Shown: piece after piece, positions 38,668-46,558 of the stretch
Layout: each line of letters begins with the position of its first letter
Position numbering within the stretch: position 1 is the stretch's first letter
DNA from: an uncultured virus (IMG/VR IMGVR_UViG_3300008113_000157)
Taxonomy: Duplodnaviria; Heunggongvirae; Uroviricota; Caudoviricetes
Length of the DNA stretch: 64,000 bases
IMG/VR virus record: IMGVR_UViG_3300008113_000157
Reading direction: 5' to 3' (one strand)
Notes under the pieces: model-generated
Told to the model about the DNA's origin: nothing
The model's input: the letters and a program-made list of their open reading frames with translations, nothing else
Database searches by the model: none
Translations under genes and position numbers: made by a program

Positions 38668-38868
38668 ATGGCGGACATGCAAATCTTTGCAGTTTACAAA
38701 GACAATAGCGACAGGTATATATCTGCTTGGAGAAATTATTCCGACGCATATGCGGCGGCAGGTGAAATACAAGCTATGGATCCAGAAGCAACTTACTCCG
38801 TTCACACTATTGAAGAGGAAGAGTTTTCTGATTTCTGGTTCCACAATCTACATTTAACACTAGTCTGA
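38668..38868 (+). CDS. Small early protein
   Basis: 66 aa; follows element A3. Confidence 0.65.
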   Translation: MADMQIFAVYKDNSDRYISAWRNYSDAYAAAGEIQAMDPEATYSVHTIEEEEFSDFWFHNLHLTLV

Positions 38869-38939
38869 TGGTGCAGGAGGGGTTCGATTCCCCTCCCAGG
38901 CATTGCCACAATCCCGTGGCATCCACTCAACACAACACT

Positions 38940-39134
38940 ATGTATTACATCATCATTGATGGCGTACAACATGGTTTCTCCCTTCAATGGGAAGAAGCAC
39001 TGATCGAAGCTGCACAACAAGACCACATGCTTAACTCGCCGGAGTTAAACGACGGCATCCAAGGCACGCATGACGTACAAATCATGTCCTTCCAGGAGAT
39101 GATGGAGGCCGACGACGTTGTGATGGTCATCTGA
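38940..39134 (+). CDS. Small early protein
   Basis: MYYIIIDG...; follows element A4. Confidence 0.65.
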   Translation: MYYIIIDGVQHGFSLQWEEALIEAAQQDHMLNSPELNDGIQGTHDVQIMSFQEMMEADDVVMVI

Positions 39135-39208
39135 CCAGGCGTGAGCCGGGGCATCGAATGCCCCATACAACTATTGCCACAATCCCGTGGCATCTACTAC
39201 ACAACACC

Positions 39209-39439
39209 ATGTTGATCTACCAGCCTGAGTTTGACACTCGTCATCGCGTCATCTGGAATGGAGGTGACAGCTCTATGCTTCACTTCCAGAAACTGAAGGA
39301 CGGCGAATGGAAGTACCTTGATAGCGTGACGTTTATGTCCATGCCTACAGGTACCAAAGAACTTCTCTACGAGATGAGAGAGTATTACAACTTCTCTATG
39401 ACCATGCTCCAGGACATCATGTATGCGATAGCATTCTGA
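39209..39439 (+). CDS. Small early protein
   Basis: MLIYQPEF...; follows element A5. Confidence 0.65.
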   Translation: MLIYQPEFDTRHRVIWNGGDSSMLHFQKLKDGEWKYLDSVTFMSMPTGTKELLYEMREYYNFSMTMLQDIMYAIAF

Positions 39440-39535
39440 TCCCTGCACTTAACCCTTCCGTTGTGGTATGCATGTACTACGACGGTGGGTTCTCTGCAGG
39501 ACTCACATCCTGCTCATCAACATCACAGTATTCTT

Positions 39536-39919
39536 ATGTTCAGCTCCACAATCATTGGCTATGTCACCGACCTCAAGGTGCTCAAGTCCAGGGAAGACGA
39601 TAGTTATTTCCTGGCGGTAAGTATTGCAGTCAACGATCCATTTGGTGGTTCGTGCCGCTTGCGGTTTACGAACAGCAATGGGTTACTTGCTGCATACAAC
39701 AAGGGCACCTTGGTGACAGGCCATCAGCTCATTCTCACGCAGTGGAATGTACGCATCAGCACAATCAAGACGCACTACCAGAAGGATGGACAACTAGTGA
39801 CACTCAAGTACCCTGAGATCAAACTCACAGGTGTACGTGCCACTATCGGTGCGGCACCAAGGCCCAAGGCTATTGCTGCACCGTCTCAACCTGAGGAAGA
39901 AGACTACCTGGACTTCTGA
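39536..39919 (+). CDS. Possible OB-fold (SSB-like) protein
   Basis: TIIGYV...FLAVSIAVN beta pattern and acidic C-terminus EEEDYLDF. Confidence 0.45.
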   Translation: MFSSTIIGYVTDLKVLKSREDDSYFLAVSIAVNDPFGGSCRLRFTNSNGLLAAYNKGTLVTGHQLILTQWNVRISTIKTHYQKDGQLVTLKYPEIKLTGVRATIGAAPRPKAIAAPSQPEEEDYLDF

Positions 39920-39947
39920 CACACCATCTAAATCCAACTAACAACTC

Positions 39948-40145
39948 ATGTCCAACTCATTCAAAGACTCCTGTGTTGCTCTTGTCATTGGCATTGGTAG
40001 TGGCTTACTCCTATCTACTGGAGTACAGAAGCTACTCAACCAACACTACGAAGAACACTGCAACGCAAGACCAAACCACAACCTTATACGTACACAAGGA
40101 CTCTTAGGAGACACATACTACTGTATCCACAGTAAGTACCTGTAA
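39948..40145 (+). CDS. Small membrane protein
   Basis: 65 aa with an N-terminal hydrophobic segment. Confidence 0.55.
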   Translation: MSNSFKDSCVALVIGIGSGLLLSTGVQKLLNQHYEEHCNARPNHNLIRTQGLLGDTYYCIHSKYL

Positions 40146-40239
40146 TCTGCACATAACTCTCCCGGTAGTACACATGTATTGCCGGTGAGTTTTCTGCAGG
40201 TCACACCTGCACTACACCACACGACACCAAGCTAGTTCC

Positions 40240-40479
40240 ATGAACTACCAAGCTGTTGAACAACTTCTCACGCAGGATGCTCGCCTGCTTGCCAGAAGAG
40301 ATGCCCCTGTCATTGATCAAGAACTTGAAGAACAGCGTCAAGCTGCTCTCGAGATCTTCTTCCAATGGCAGGATGGCATGCGTGAGTACCAAGACCTTAT
40401 GCCGTTCTGCGTTGTACTTCAACGTAAGGTAGATCTCAACAGGGATCTGCTTCGTTGGGAACGCAGGCATGAGGACTGA
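40240..40479 (+). CDS. Small early protein
   Basis: 79 aa; follows element B2. Confidence 0.6.
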   Translation: MNYQAVEQLLTQDARLLARRDAPVIDQELEEQRQAALEIFFQWQDGMREYQDLMPFCVVLQRKVDLNRDLLRWERRHED

Positions 40480-40551
40480 CTCCTGATTGGAGGGGCTTCG
40501 GCCCTTCCCACCAGGACTCAACATCCTGGATTCCATTCCATTGCATTTAAC

Positions 40552-40827
40552 ATGTCACTAACAGTTGGCAAAGAAGAACTTGACTCTGCAATTGCAGTGT
40601 TCAAGATAGAGCATTACTACCTGGAGTTCGATGACAACATCGTCTATCTCCATTGGGTAGCGACAACATCCCAAGCTCGTGAGTACATTGATGCATTCCT
40701 TGAGTGTCTCGATGTACTAATTGACGAGCGATGGGTAGATACCTACGGTTCGCACGAACAAGGTAACCCTGTTCAGCTACCAGATGAAGACTACATTTGC
40801 TGTCGCTATATCCTGGAGACCGTTTGA
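40552..40827 (+). CDS. Small early protein
   Basis: 91 aa; follows element B3. Confidence 0.6.
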   Translation: MSLTVGKEELDSAIAVFKIEHYYLEFDDNIVYLHWVATTSQAREYIDAFLECLDVLIDERWVDTYGSHEQGNPVQLPDEDYICCRYILETV

Positions 40828-41104
40828 CATGAAGACGATCTATCGCATGCGTAACGGTTTTATCCAGATGGATTCTTATGGTGAGACTCATAAGTCCAAC
40901 CATCTATTGAAAGCTGTGGTGGCTGCACTCATACTTGCCGCTAGCATTAGCACCATCGCAGCACTAGCCAGTAAGTACACGATGCTTGGCCCACAGGGCA
41001 TCAACGCATCCAAACCGTACGTCATGGGCTACTAGCTAGCCATACCCTGGGCCTTCCTCCATGAGGATATAAGTCCCAGTCAACCAACCAACTCATCAAT
41101 CCCC

Positions 41105-41479
41105 ATGCGCAATCGAGTATCTATCGTCAAGGAAGATCGGATCTGGCAACTCAGGTGCCAGGGATATGACTACGACTCAATCGGTAGCATTGTCAACTGC
41201 AATCCTCGTTACATGACAATTGTATTGCGTCGAGTGAGGCGTCGTCCTCCGATCGAGAAAGACCCAATCAAACGTGGTCGTCGCAGTAATTTCCTCAGCG
41301 ATAATCAAGTAGAAGATATTCGTATGCGCAAAGCACAAGGTGAGACTGCACTATCTATTGCCAAGGACTATCACATTGGTGAGTCAGCGATCTGTAAGAT
41401 TGCTAACAACGTAACCTATAAGGAACCTGCATACGACAGCGGCTATAGATATAACTTTACTAATAGGCTCACTCGTTAA
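41105..41479 (+). CDS. Double-HTH DNA-binding protein
   Basis: LRCQGYDYDSIGSIVN and LSDNQVEDIR...GETALSIAKDYHIGESAICKI. Confidence 0.65.
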   Translation: MRNRVSIVKEDRIWQLRCQGYDYDSIGSIVNCNPRYMTIVLRRVRRRPPIEKDPIKRGRRSNFLSDNQVEDIRMRKAQGETALSIAKDYHIGESAICKIANNVTYKEPAYDSGYRYNFTNRLTR

Positions 41480-41548
41480 TAACACTAGGCATCCACACCA
41501 TGTGTGGTGTAAGTCCTAGTCAATTCATTACTCAACTCAACTCAAACC

Positions 41549-41905
41549 ATGACGACACAACTAGCCGAGCACATCCAAGTACTTGAAGCTCGCATCAATT
41601 GCCTCATCGACAAGCTCCTTGCTAGCTACGCTAAGCGCTATGGAGATGGCGGCATTACCTTTGACATTGTTAAAGGTACCAAGTACTACAAACTTATTCA
41701 ACGTGACGTCAAGCGTTCAGCTATTGACGGCAAGACTGGTGCATCAGTCCATGCATTTATTGACCGTCAATCTGGCGCTGTCTACAAACCAGCAAGCTGG
41801 GCGTCACCAGCTAAGCACGTACGCTACAACCTCATGGACGACGTATCGTTTGCCACCTGCATCCAAGATGCTGATTGGGCTGGCTCATATCTGTACATGA
41901 AGTAG
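41549..41905 (+). CDS. Conserved phage hypothetical protein
   Basis: G.KYYKLI...SVHAFID...GAVYKPASW..PAKHVRYNL, a pattern common in large phages. Confidence 0.7.
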   Translation: MTTQLAEHIQVLEARINCLIDKLLASYAKRYGDGGITFDIVKGTKYYKLIQRDVKRSAIDGKTGASVHAFIDRQSGAVYKPASWASPAKHVRYNLMDDVSFATCIQDADWAGSYLYMK

Positions 41906-41989
41906 TCAACACATGGGCATCCACTATTGAGAATTTTAGCAAGAGTTGTGTAAGTCCCATGCTCAACTGTCCACCTACCTCAACTCAAC

Positions 41990-42214
41990 ATGGGCGCACT
42001 CATGGAGCAGACTGAAGACAACAAGCGGTATCACCTCATCATCAACGTTGATGAGAAGTATGCCATCGTCAACGCACTAGCCTTCTATCATGCACACCAC
42101 ACTCTGGGTGCACTGATGGATGAGGATGAGCGTGAACAATACATGCTCGCATTCCAAGAAGATGGTCCAACCTTTGTTGATTCCTTAGCAACAAAGGTGG
42201 CCAATACCTTCTGA
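41990..42214 (+). CDS. Small early protein
   Basis: 74 aa; follows element C3. Confidence 0.6.
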   Translation: MGALMEQTEDNKRYHLIINVDEKYAIVNALAFYHAHHTLGALMDEDEREQYMLAFQEDGPTFVDSLATKVANTF

Positions 42215-42286
42215 TCACTGGGCAGCACCGACGTAAGTACGGTGTGTAAGTCCCAGGCTTTACTGTCTACTTACTTAACTCAAACC

Positions 42287-42478
42287 ATGAGAGACCCTAA
42301 CTTTATTGACGAGCAACGCAACGCTGACTTGCTTGATGCCATGGCTGACATGGCATATGAACAAGAGCAAGCCATGCGTGAATCAGAGGAATTTGAATGG
42401 GACGGCATTGAAGAAATTTCAAGCGCCGAACGAAATGCTTGTGACCATTACAACGAGAGGTACGTAATCAATGACTAA
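42287..42478 (+). CDS. Small acidic early protein
   Basis: MRDPNFIDE...; follows element C4. Confidence 0.6.
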   Translation: MRDPNFIDEQRNADLLDAMADMAYEQEQAMRESEEFEWDGIEEISSAERNACDHYNERYVIND

Positions 42479-42565
42479 GTACACACTGCGTCAAGCATGG
42501 GAGGACGGTGACATCATCGTCATCCTGATCGCAATCATTTCAATCATCATCACGGAGTTTGCATC

Positions 42566-42934
42566 ATGTCTTACATCTCAGCACTCAAGAAGTTCTACCC
42601 CAAGTCCTACAAAGCACGCTTCGCAATCAATGCCTACAACGTGCACAAGTACTTCGAGCACAAAGACCCAACGGTCGTCACGGTCCACGAAACCTACCTC
42701 AGGTACGGTGGACCCGAAGAAGGAGGTTGGTACTACACCCAAGGGGAACCTCTCGTCAGCCACTGCATCTTCTCCAAGAGGCAAGCGGTCCGGGTCTACG
42801 TCAAGTACTTCGAAGAGTACGAGATCGAAGGGCAGCCATCTCTTGGAGATACAACAACTCGATCCAACATCGACATCTGTTTCTCCAACGAACTAGCTAA
42901 GGCTTACCCTGAATCCCGTCCGTACTACTGCTGA
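42566..42934 (+). CDS. Hypothetical phage protein
   Basis: YGGPEEGGWYY and YPESRPYYC motifs. Confidence 0.7.
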   Translation: MSYISALKKFYPKSYKARFAINAYNVHKYFEHKDPTVVTVHETYLRYGGPEEGGWYYTQGEPLVSHCIFSKRQAVRVYVKYFEEYEIEGQPSLGDTTTRSNIDICFSNELAKAYPESRPYYC

Positions 42935-42937
42935 TCA

Positions 42938-43180
42938 ATGCAAGCAACTGCAACACCTGCACTCAGTATCAACCAACGCAATCTCTATGCGTACTACCTA
43001 AATCACAAGAAGAAGTATGGGAACACACCATGCTTCGTACCTAAACTTCCATCGCAAAGCTCAAGGCTTGAGCAATATCTCCAGGCCTTGGTGCGACTGG
43101 AAGAATACGGATTGATACGTGTAGACAGAAGCAGTGCTAACTACACAGCATGGATCATGCTTGCACCCAAGGAGCAATAA
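42938..43180 (+). CDS. Small protein, possible winged-helix
   Basis: YLQALVRLEEYGLIRVDR. Confidence 0.5.
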   Translation: MQATATPALSINQRNLYAYYLNHKKKYGNTPCFVPKLPSQSSRLEQYLQALVRLEEYGLIRVDRSSANYTAWIMLAPKEQ

Positions 43181-43667
43181 GCTACGTCGTATAACACTAG
43201 CGTTATATCATTCGCTATTTGCGAATGGCGAATAGATTATCCCGAGTAATCGAAGTATTGGCATGTATTGGCAATTCTTTGTTGCCAAACAATATTAAGT
43301 ATTAATACCTACCCATCCCTGGTATGTACCTCTAACTAGTGGGTATGTACCAGGGATATCCTTCATTCCTATCTATATCTAGTACACACGTACCAAAAAT
43401 ATCTCCTCTTATACCAAGGGATAGTACACATGTACATGGGGAAGACGGGGGAAACCGTCAATACCATCTTATTCAACAGTGAATACAGTCTTATCTAACC
43501 CTCTATAGGGTTTCATACTCTTCTAGAAAGCTGTATGGATAAGCTGGTATTCATCCCTTAGGTACCAGGTTTAATACACTTTTTTAACAACGTATGAAAC
43601 CCTATATCTAAGATAATAAGACGGTATTCACCCTTCTATAACACGGTATTCATCCTTTTACCCATCC
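43181..43667. other. About 490-bp AT-rich non-coding region with palindromes and short repeats (origin/control region candidate)
   Basis: No ORF in the track; hairpin 43315-43357; GGTATTCA(T)CC at 43546, 43623 and 43645. Confidence 0.45.
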
Positions 43668-43916
43668 TCACCCAACCACAGACCTCACCTCAGGTCCAAA
43701 CCTACGCATCTGATCTAGCATTCTTATCTCTGCTTGTTTGTTTTGCATTGGAATACTTTCATTCCGTATCACAGATGTCAAGAAGTCCATCACCTTTTCA
43801 GGTGGTGGCATGGAACCTTGTGCTTTCATGTACTCTTGCTTCCATCCCTCAAGGAATGGACTACCACCAACCGCATACCTACCAGCAATTAACATAAGTA
43901 CAAACTCAGATCTCAT
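43668..43916 (-). CDS. Hypothetical protein on the opposite strand
   Basis: 82 aa ORF. Confidence 0.45.
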   Translation of the reverse strand: MRSEFVLMLIAGRYAVGGSPFLEGWKQEYMKAQGSMPPPEKVMDFLTSVIRNESIPMQNKQAEIRMLDQMRRFGPEVRSVVG

Positions 43917-43991
43917 CTAAGTTTAAGCCTGGGCATCCACACATTTAGTGTGGTGTAAGTCCCAGGGCATCTCCACTTACTCACAACAACC

Positions 43992-44243
43992 ATGCTTGTT
44001 TCCAAACTGATTGATCAACTACTTAAAGCACAGAACAAATACGGAGACTTTGACATTTGCGTTTGCGATTCTTCCGAAGCAAACAATGTCGAATCGATTA
44101 CTGACGGAGTTGAGTTTAACTTTCGTTTGTTTAACGAGAAAACTTATGAAGAATTACCTGGAATTAGTTTTGAAGAAGAAGAAGAACAAGATGTTGATCA
44201 CCAAAGTGCTAAGTACTTTGGTGTAATCTTCCGTGACTACTAA
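43992..44243 (+). CDS. Small acidic early protein
   Basis: 83 aa between elements C5 and C6. Confidence 0.65.
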   Translation: MLVSKLIDQLLKAQNKYGDFDICVCDSSEANNVESITDGVEFNFRLFNEKTYEELPGISFEEEEEQDVDHQSAKYFGVIFRDY

Positions 44244-44308
44244 TTAATACCTGGGCATCCACATGGTGTAAGTCCCAGAGTTACACCAACCTCACCTTCA
44301 ACTCAACC

Positions 44309-44596
44309 ATGGAACAAACCAAGAAGTATCCTGAACTCACCTGGACCAAGAACGAGTACCACCAATTGCAGCTAGTACTTGATGCACTCAAAGCCATTTG
44401 TGCTCGCGAAGATAAACGTCATCAAATGGACGAGCATCTTGATCCACACATGCGTAACGTTATCGATGAGGTGATCGGAATGCTGGAAGATGAGATCGAC
44501 TACGATCCAACACCTAACGAATCTGGAGAACCACCCATGACTATGGATGAGATGCACACTGCTGCATGGAAAGAACACCTTGCCATGCATTCATAA
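44309..44596 (+). CDS. Small early protein
   Basis: 95 aa; GEPPMTMDEMHTAAW. Confidence 0.65.
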   Translation: MEQTKKYPELTWTKNEYHQLQLVLDALKAICAREDKRHQMDEHLDPHMRNVIDEVIGMLEDEIDYDPTPNESGEPPMTMDEMHTAAWKEHLAMHS

Positions 44597-44604
44597 CACC
44601 AGGT

Positions 44605-44618
44605 AGTACATAAGTACT
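44605..44618. promoter_or_regulatory. Cyanobacterial LexA-box-like site
   Basis: AGTACATAAGTACT fits RGTACNNNDGTWCB. Confidence 0.4.
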
Positions 44619-44653
44619 GGCCGTGTATCAGTATCCCTGATGCACGGCCTTTA
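44619..44653 (+). terminator. Terminator-like hairpin
   Basis: GGCCGTGTATCAG-TATCC-CTGATGCACGGCC-TTTA. Confidence 0.55.
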
Positions 44654-44699
44654 CCTTGACTGCCCTGGTAGACTGACCTAGTTAATCAACTCAATTCAA

Positions 44700-44909
44700 A
44701 TGACATCCTCCAACACTCCTCGCATTCCCGACTCTCTTGACATGCAACGCTTGCAGGCCATGCAGCTTGTAGCGAAGATGAAGGAATCAGCCGAGAGACA
44801 TGGCATTGGTTTCATTGGGGGCTTCATTGCTCCCAATGGAGAGAAATTTGTAATGACAAATATGGATGACGATGATGCCATGGCACTCATGCCGGAGGAT
44901 CTCAAGTGA
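44700..44909 (+). CDS. Hypothetical protein
   Basis: 69 aa; upstream TTGACT-N11-TAGACT-like sequence. Confidence 0.6.
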   Translation: MTSSNTPRIPDSLDMQRLQAMQLVAKMKESAERHGIGFIGGFIAPNGEKFVMTNMDDDDAMALMPEDLK

Positions 44910-45103
44910 CTAAGAAATCTCCCATTAGTTTTGATCGCACCATTCATGGTGTGAACATCACTGAACATGGTATCAAGTCAGTAAGTAAACAGATCAAGCT
45001 TGGTCCATTCCAACTGACTGTCAACGCCAGTCCCAATGGCGTCAAAGGATCAGTCAGTATCCCTGGCACAGGCTTGAGCATTCCAAACATTAAGTTAATC
45101 TAA
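44906..45103 (+). CDS. Small beta-rich protein (DUF4236-like)
   Basis: KQIKLGPFQLTVN.S..GV..SVSIPGTGLS. Confidence 0.5.
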   Translation: MTKKSPISFDRTIHGVNITEHGIKSVSKQIKLGPFQLTVNASPNGVKGSVSIPGTGLSIPNIKLI

Positions 45104-45521
45104 AGATCTGGGCATCCTTACGGTGTAAGTCCCACATCCAACTTCCATCTCAACATAACACCATGCCTAAGAAACAAGCACTCAATCCTCACTTCCCTAC
45201 TGGTCCTAGAACTATTACTCTTGATCTGACTGAAGATCAATGGTGGGCATTGATTAACATGCTCAGAGCACGCACTGATTTCTATAAGAAGTTGCGGTTT
45301 GATCTCATTAGATTAAAGGATGATGGCCTTGAGAAACAAATTGATCAGTACACTGAATCCATGGAAGACATTGTATCTATATTGGAATCAGTACAAGAAC
45401 AAGTAGCACCTTTGTATTACACAAAAGCAAAGCGTGCTGAGTGGCGTAAGCAACGTATTGATACACCTGATTTCCCATAAGTTAATCTAAAGATCTGGGC
45501 ATCCTTACGGTGTAAGTCCCA
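45091..45521 (+). repeat. Exact 44-bp direct repeat (45091-45134 and 45478-45521) flanking one gene
   Basis: TAAGTTAATCTAAAGATCTGGGCATCCTTACGGTGTAAGTCCCA occurs twice. Confidence 0.92.
45163..45480 (+). CDS. Hypothetical cassette gene between the 44-bp repeats
   Basis: 105 aa coiled-coil ORF. Confidence 0.65.
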   Translation: MPKKQALNPHFPTGPRTITLDLTEDQWWALINMLRARTDFYKKLRFDLIRLKDDGLEKQIDQYTESMEDIVSILESVQEQVAPLYYTKAKRAEWRKQRIDTPDFP

Positions 45522-45553
45522 GGTCTTGTCCACCAACTCAATTCAATTCAACC

Positions 45554-45739
45554 ATGGCTACCACAAACACAAACCTCAGCTTGTTTGATCGCATCAATGT
45601 TGCACGCTGCGCAATGGAGCGTGCCCATAATAATCATTTTGATCGCGATCGTTTTGTTAGCGAGTACACAACTGCAAAGATGTGGACTCGTTACAACTGC
45701 TACATCTCAACCACCGTTTCATTCGTGGAGCCTGACTGA
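45554..45739 (+). CDS. Small early protein
   Basis: 61 aa; follows element C8. Confidence 0.6.
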   Translation: MATTNTNLSLFDRINVARCAMERAHNNHFDRDRFVSEYTTAKMWTRYNCYISTTVSFVEPD

Positions 45740-45999
45740 TGACTGTCCTTGCTATCGAACACACATCATTCACTGACACTCATGTCACAGTTACAGCAGT
45801 TGTTGACGACATGCGCCTACTCTATCGGGCGACTCGCTTCGAGCCTGAAGAGTGGGCTCCTGCACTGTGCACAACAACTATTGAGTTGGATCCAGAGGAA
45901 CCGATTCCTCTTGACGAAGATGGCTTCTGCAGCTATCTTGATCAGCTCGATCCTCACTGGCAACTTGTTGACAACTCTGACTACGATCTAGATTCATGA
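45739..45999 (+). CDS. Small acidic protein
   Basis: 86 aa, TGATG coupling with the upstream gene. Confidence 0.6.
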   Translation: MTVLAIEHTSFTDTHVTVTAVVDDMRLLYRATRFEPEEWAPALCTTTIELDPEEPIPLDEDGFCSYLDQLDPHWQLVDNSDYDLDS

Positions 46000-46036
46000 T
46001 TGGTTTCTCAATTGAATTCAAACGCTGGTACTTAAA

Positions 46037-46558
46037 ATGAAACACAAACCTATCCCAGAAGAAATTGTTGAATACTTAAAAGTTGATTTAACAATTCCAC
46101 ATGGATTACGTTGGATCAAGCTAGTACCAAACAATAACAGGTGCAAAGTTGGAGATCCAGCTGGATCAAAATGTTCTAATGGTAAATATAATTTACATTA
46201 CAAACGAATTAAATACTACAATCATCGAATAATTTTTTATCTTCAAAACAATTTAGATCCGGATTATTATCAAGTAGATCATAAGATTCATGATGATAAT
46301 ACAGGAGAACTTCGCTTGGCAACCCATCAGCAAAATCATTTTAATCGTAGATCTTGTATTGGTTCTTCTTCTAAATACAAAGGCGTTTCATGGCATGCAA
46401 AAGACAAACGATGGGAAGCACGAATAGGATTTAACAATGAAATTATTTACATTGGTAAATACATAAATGAAGAAGATGCTGCAATAGCTTATAACCATGA
46501 GGCTATAAAGCTTTTTGGTGATTATGCTTTTATTAACACATTAGCAGAATGTCAATGA
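46037..46558 (+). mobile_element. Free-standing HNH-AP2 homing endonuclease gene
   Basis: HRIIF....QVDH...LRLATHQQNHFN (HNH) plus SSKYKGVSW....RWEARI...IYIG.Y..EEDAAIAYN..A..LFGDYA (AP2); more AT-rich than its neighbours. Confidence 0.88.

Larger units (their letters stand above)
38055..39195 (+). repeat. Family A: five tRNA-like element + TGCCAC/GTGGCA hairpin units (38055-38127, 38328-38393, 38585-38654, 38863-38924, 39117-39195), one between each pair of small genes
   Basis: Conserved ATTGCCACAATC(C)(C/A)GTGGCATC preceded by covarying stems and a 7-nt T-loop-like loop. Confidence 0.85.
39442..40529 (+). repeat. Family B: three long intergenic hairpins with a competing 3' hairpin (39442-39512, 40147-40211, 40481-40529)
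   Basis: B1 and B2 share CTGCA-N3-AACYC-NN-CCG...CGG-T-GRGTT-N3-TGCAG; all three end in CAGG-(A)(C)TCA(A)CA-(T)CCTG. Confidence 0.7.
41047..45522 (+). repeat. Family C: eight (C)TGGG-CAT-[variable hairpin]-TGTAAGT-CCCA(G) elements (41047-41079, 41484-41520, 41912-41961, 42218-42256, 43928-43966, 44251-44278, 45108-45134, 45495-45522)
   Basis: Fixed 3x7 internal loop, compensatory outer stems (CTGGG/CCCAG, CTAGG/CCTAG, ATGGG/CCCAT), each about 25-32 nt upstream of an ATG. Confidence 0.88.

Noticed and set aside
38863..38924. GGTTCGATTCC element as a true tRNA gene
   Set aside because: It has a canonical T-arm but no D or anticodon arm; treated as a tRNA-mimic instead.
38055..39195. Family A repeats as a CRISPR array
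   Set aside because: The intervals are about 260-280 nt and contain intact genes, and no cas genes are present in the window.
39442..40211. Family B hairpins as integron attC sites
   Set aside because: No RYYYAAC/GTTRRRY ends in the expected positions and no integron integrase in the window.
42471..42900. 141-aa and 113-aa ORFs overlapping 42566-42934
   Set aside because: Low-complexity alternative frames; the 42566-42934 frame has the protein-like motifs, although the first about 30 codons from 42471 may be real.
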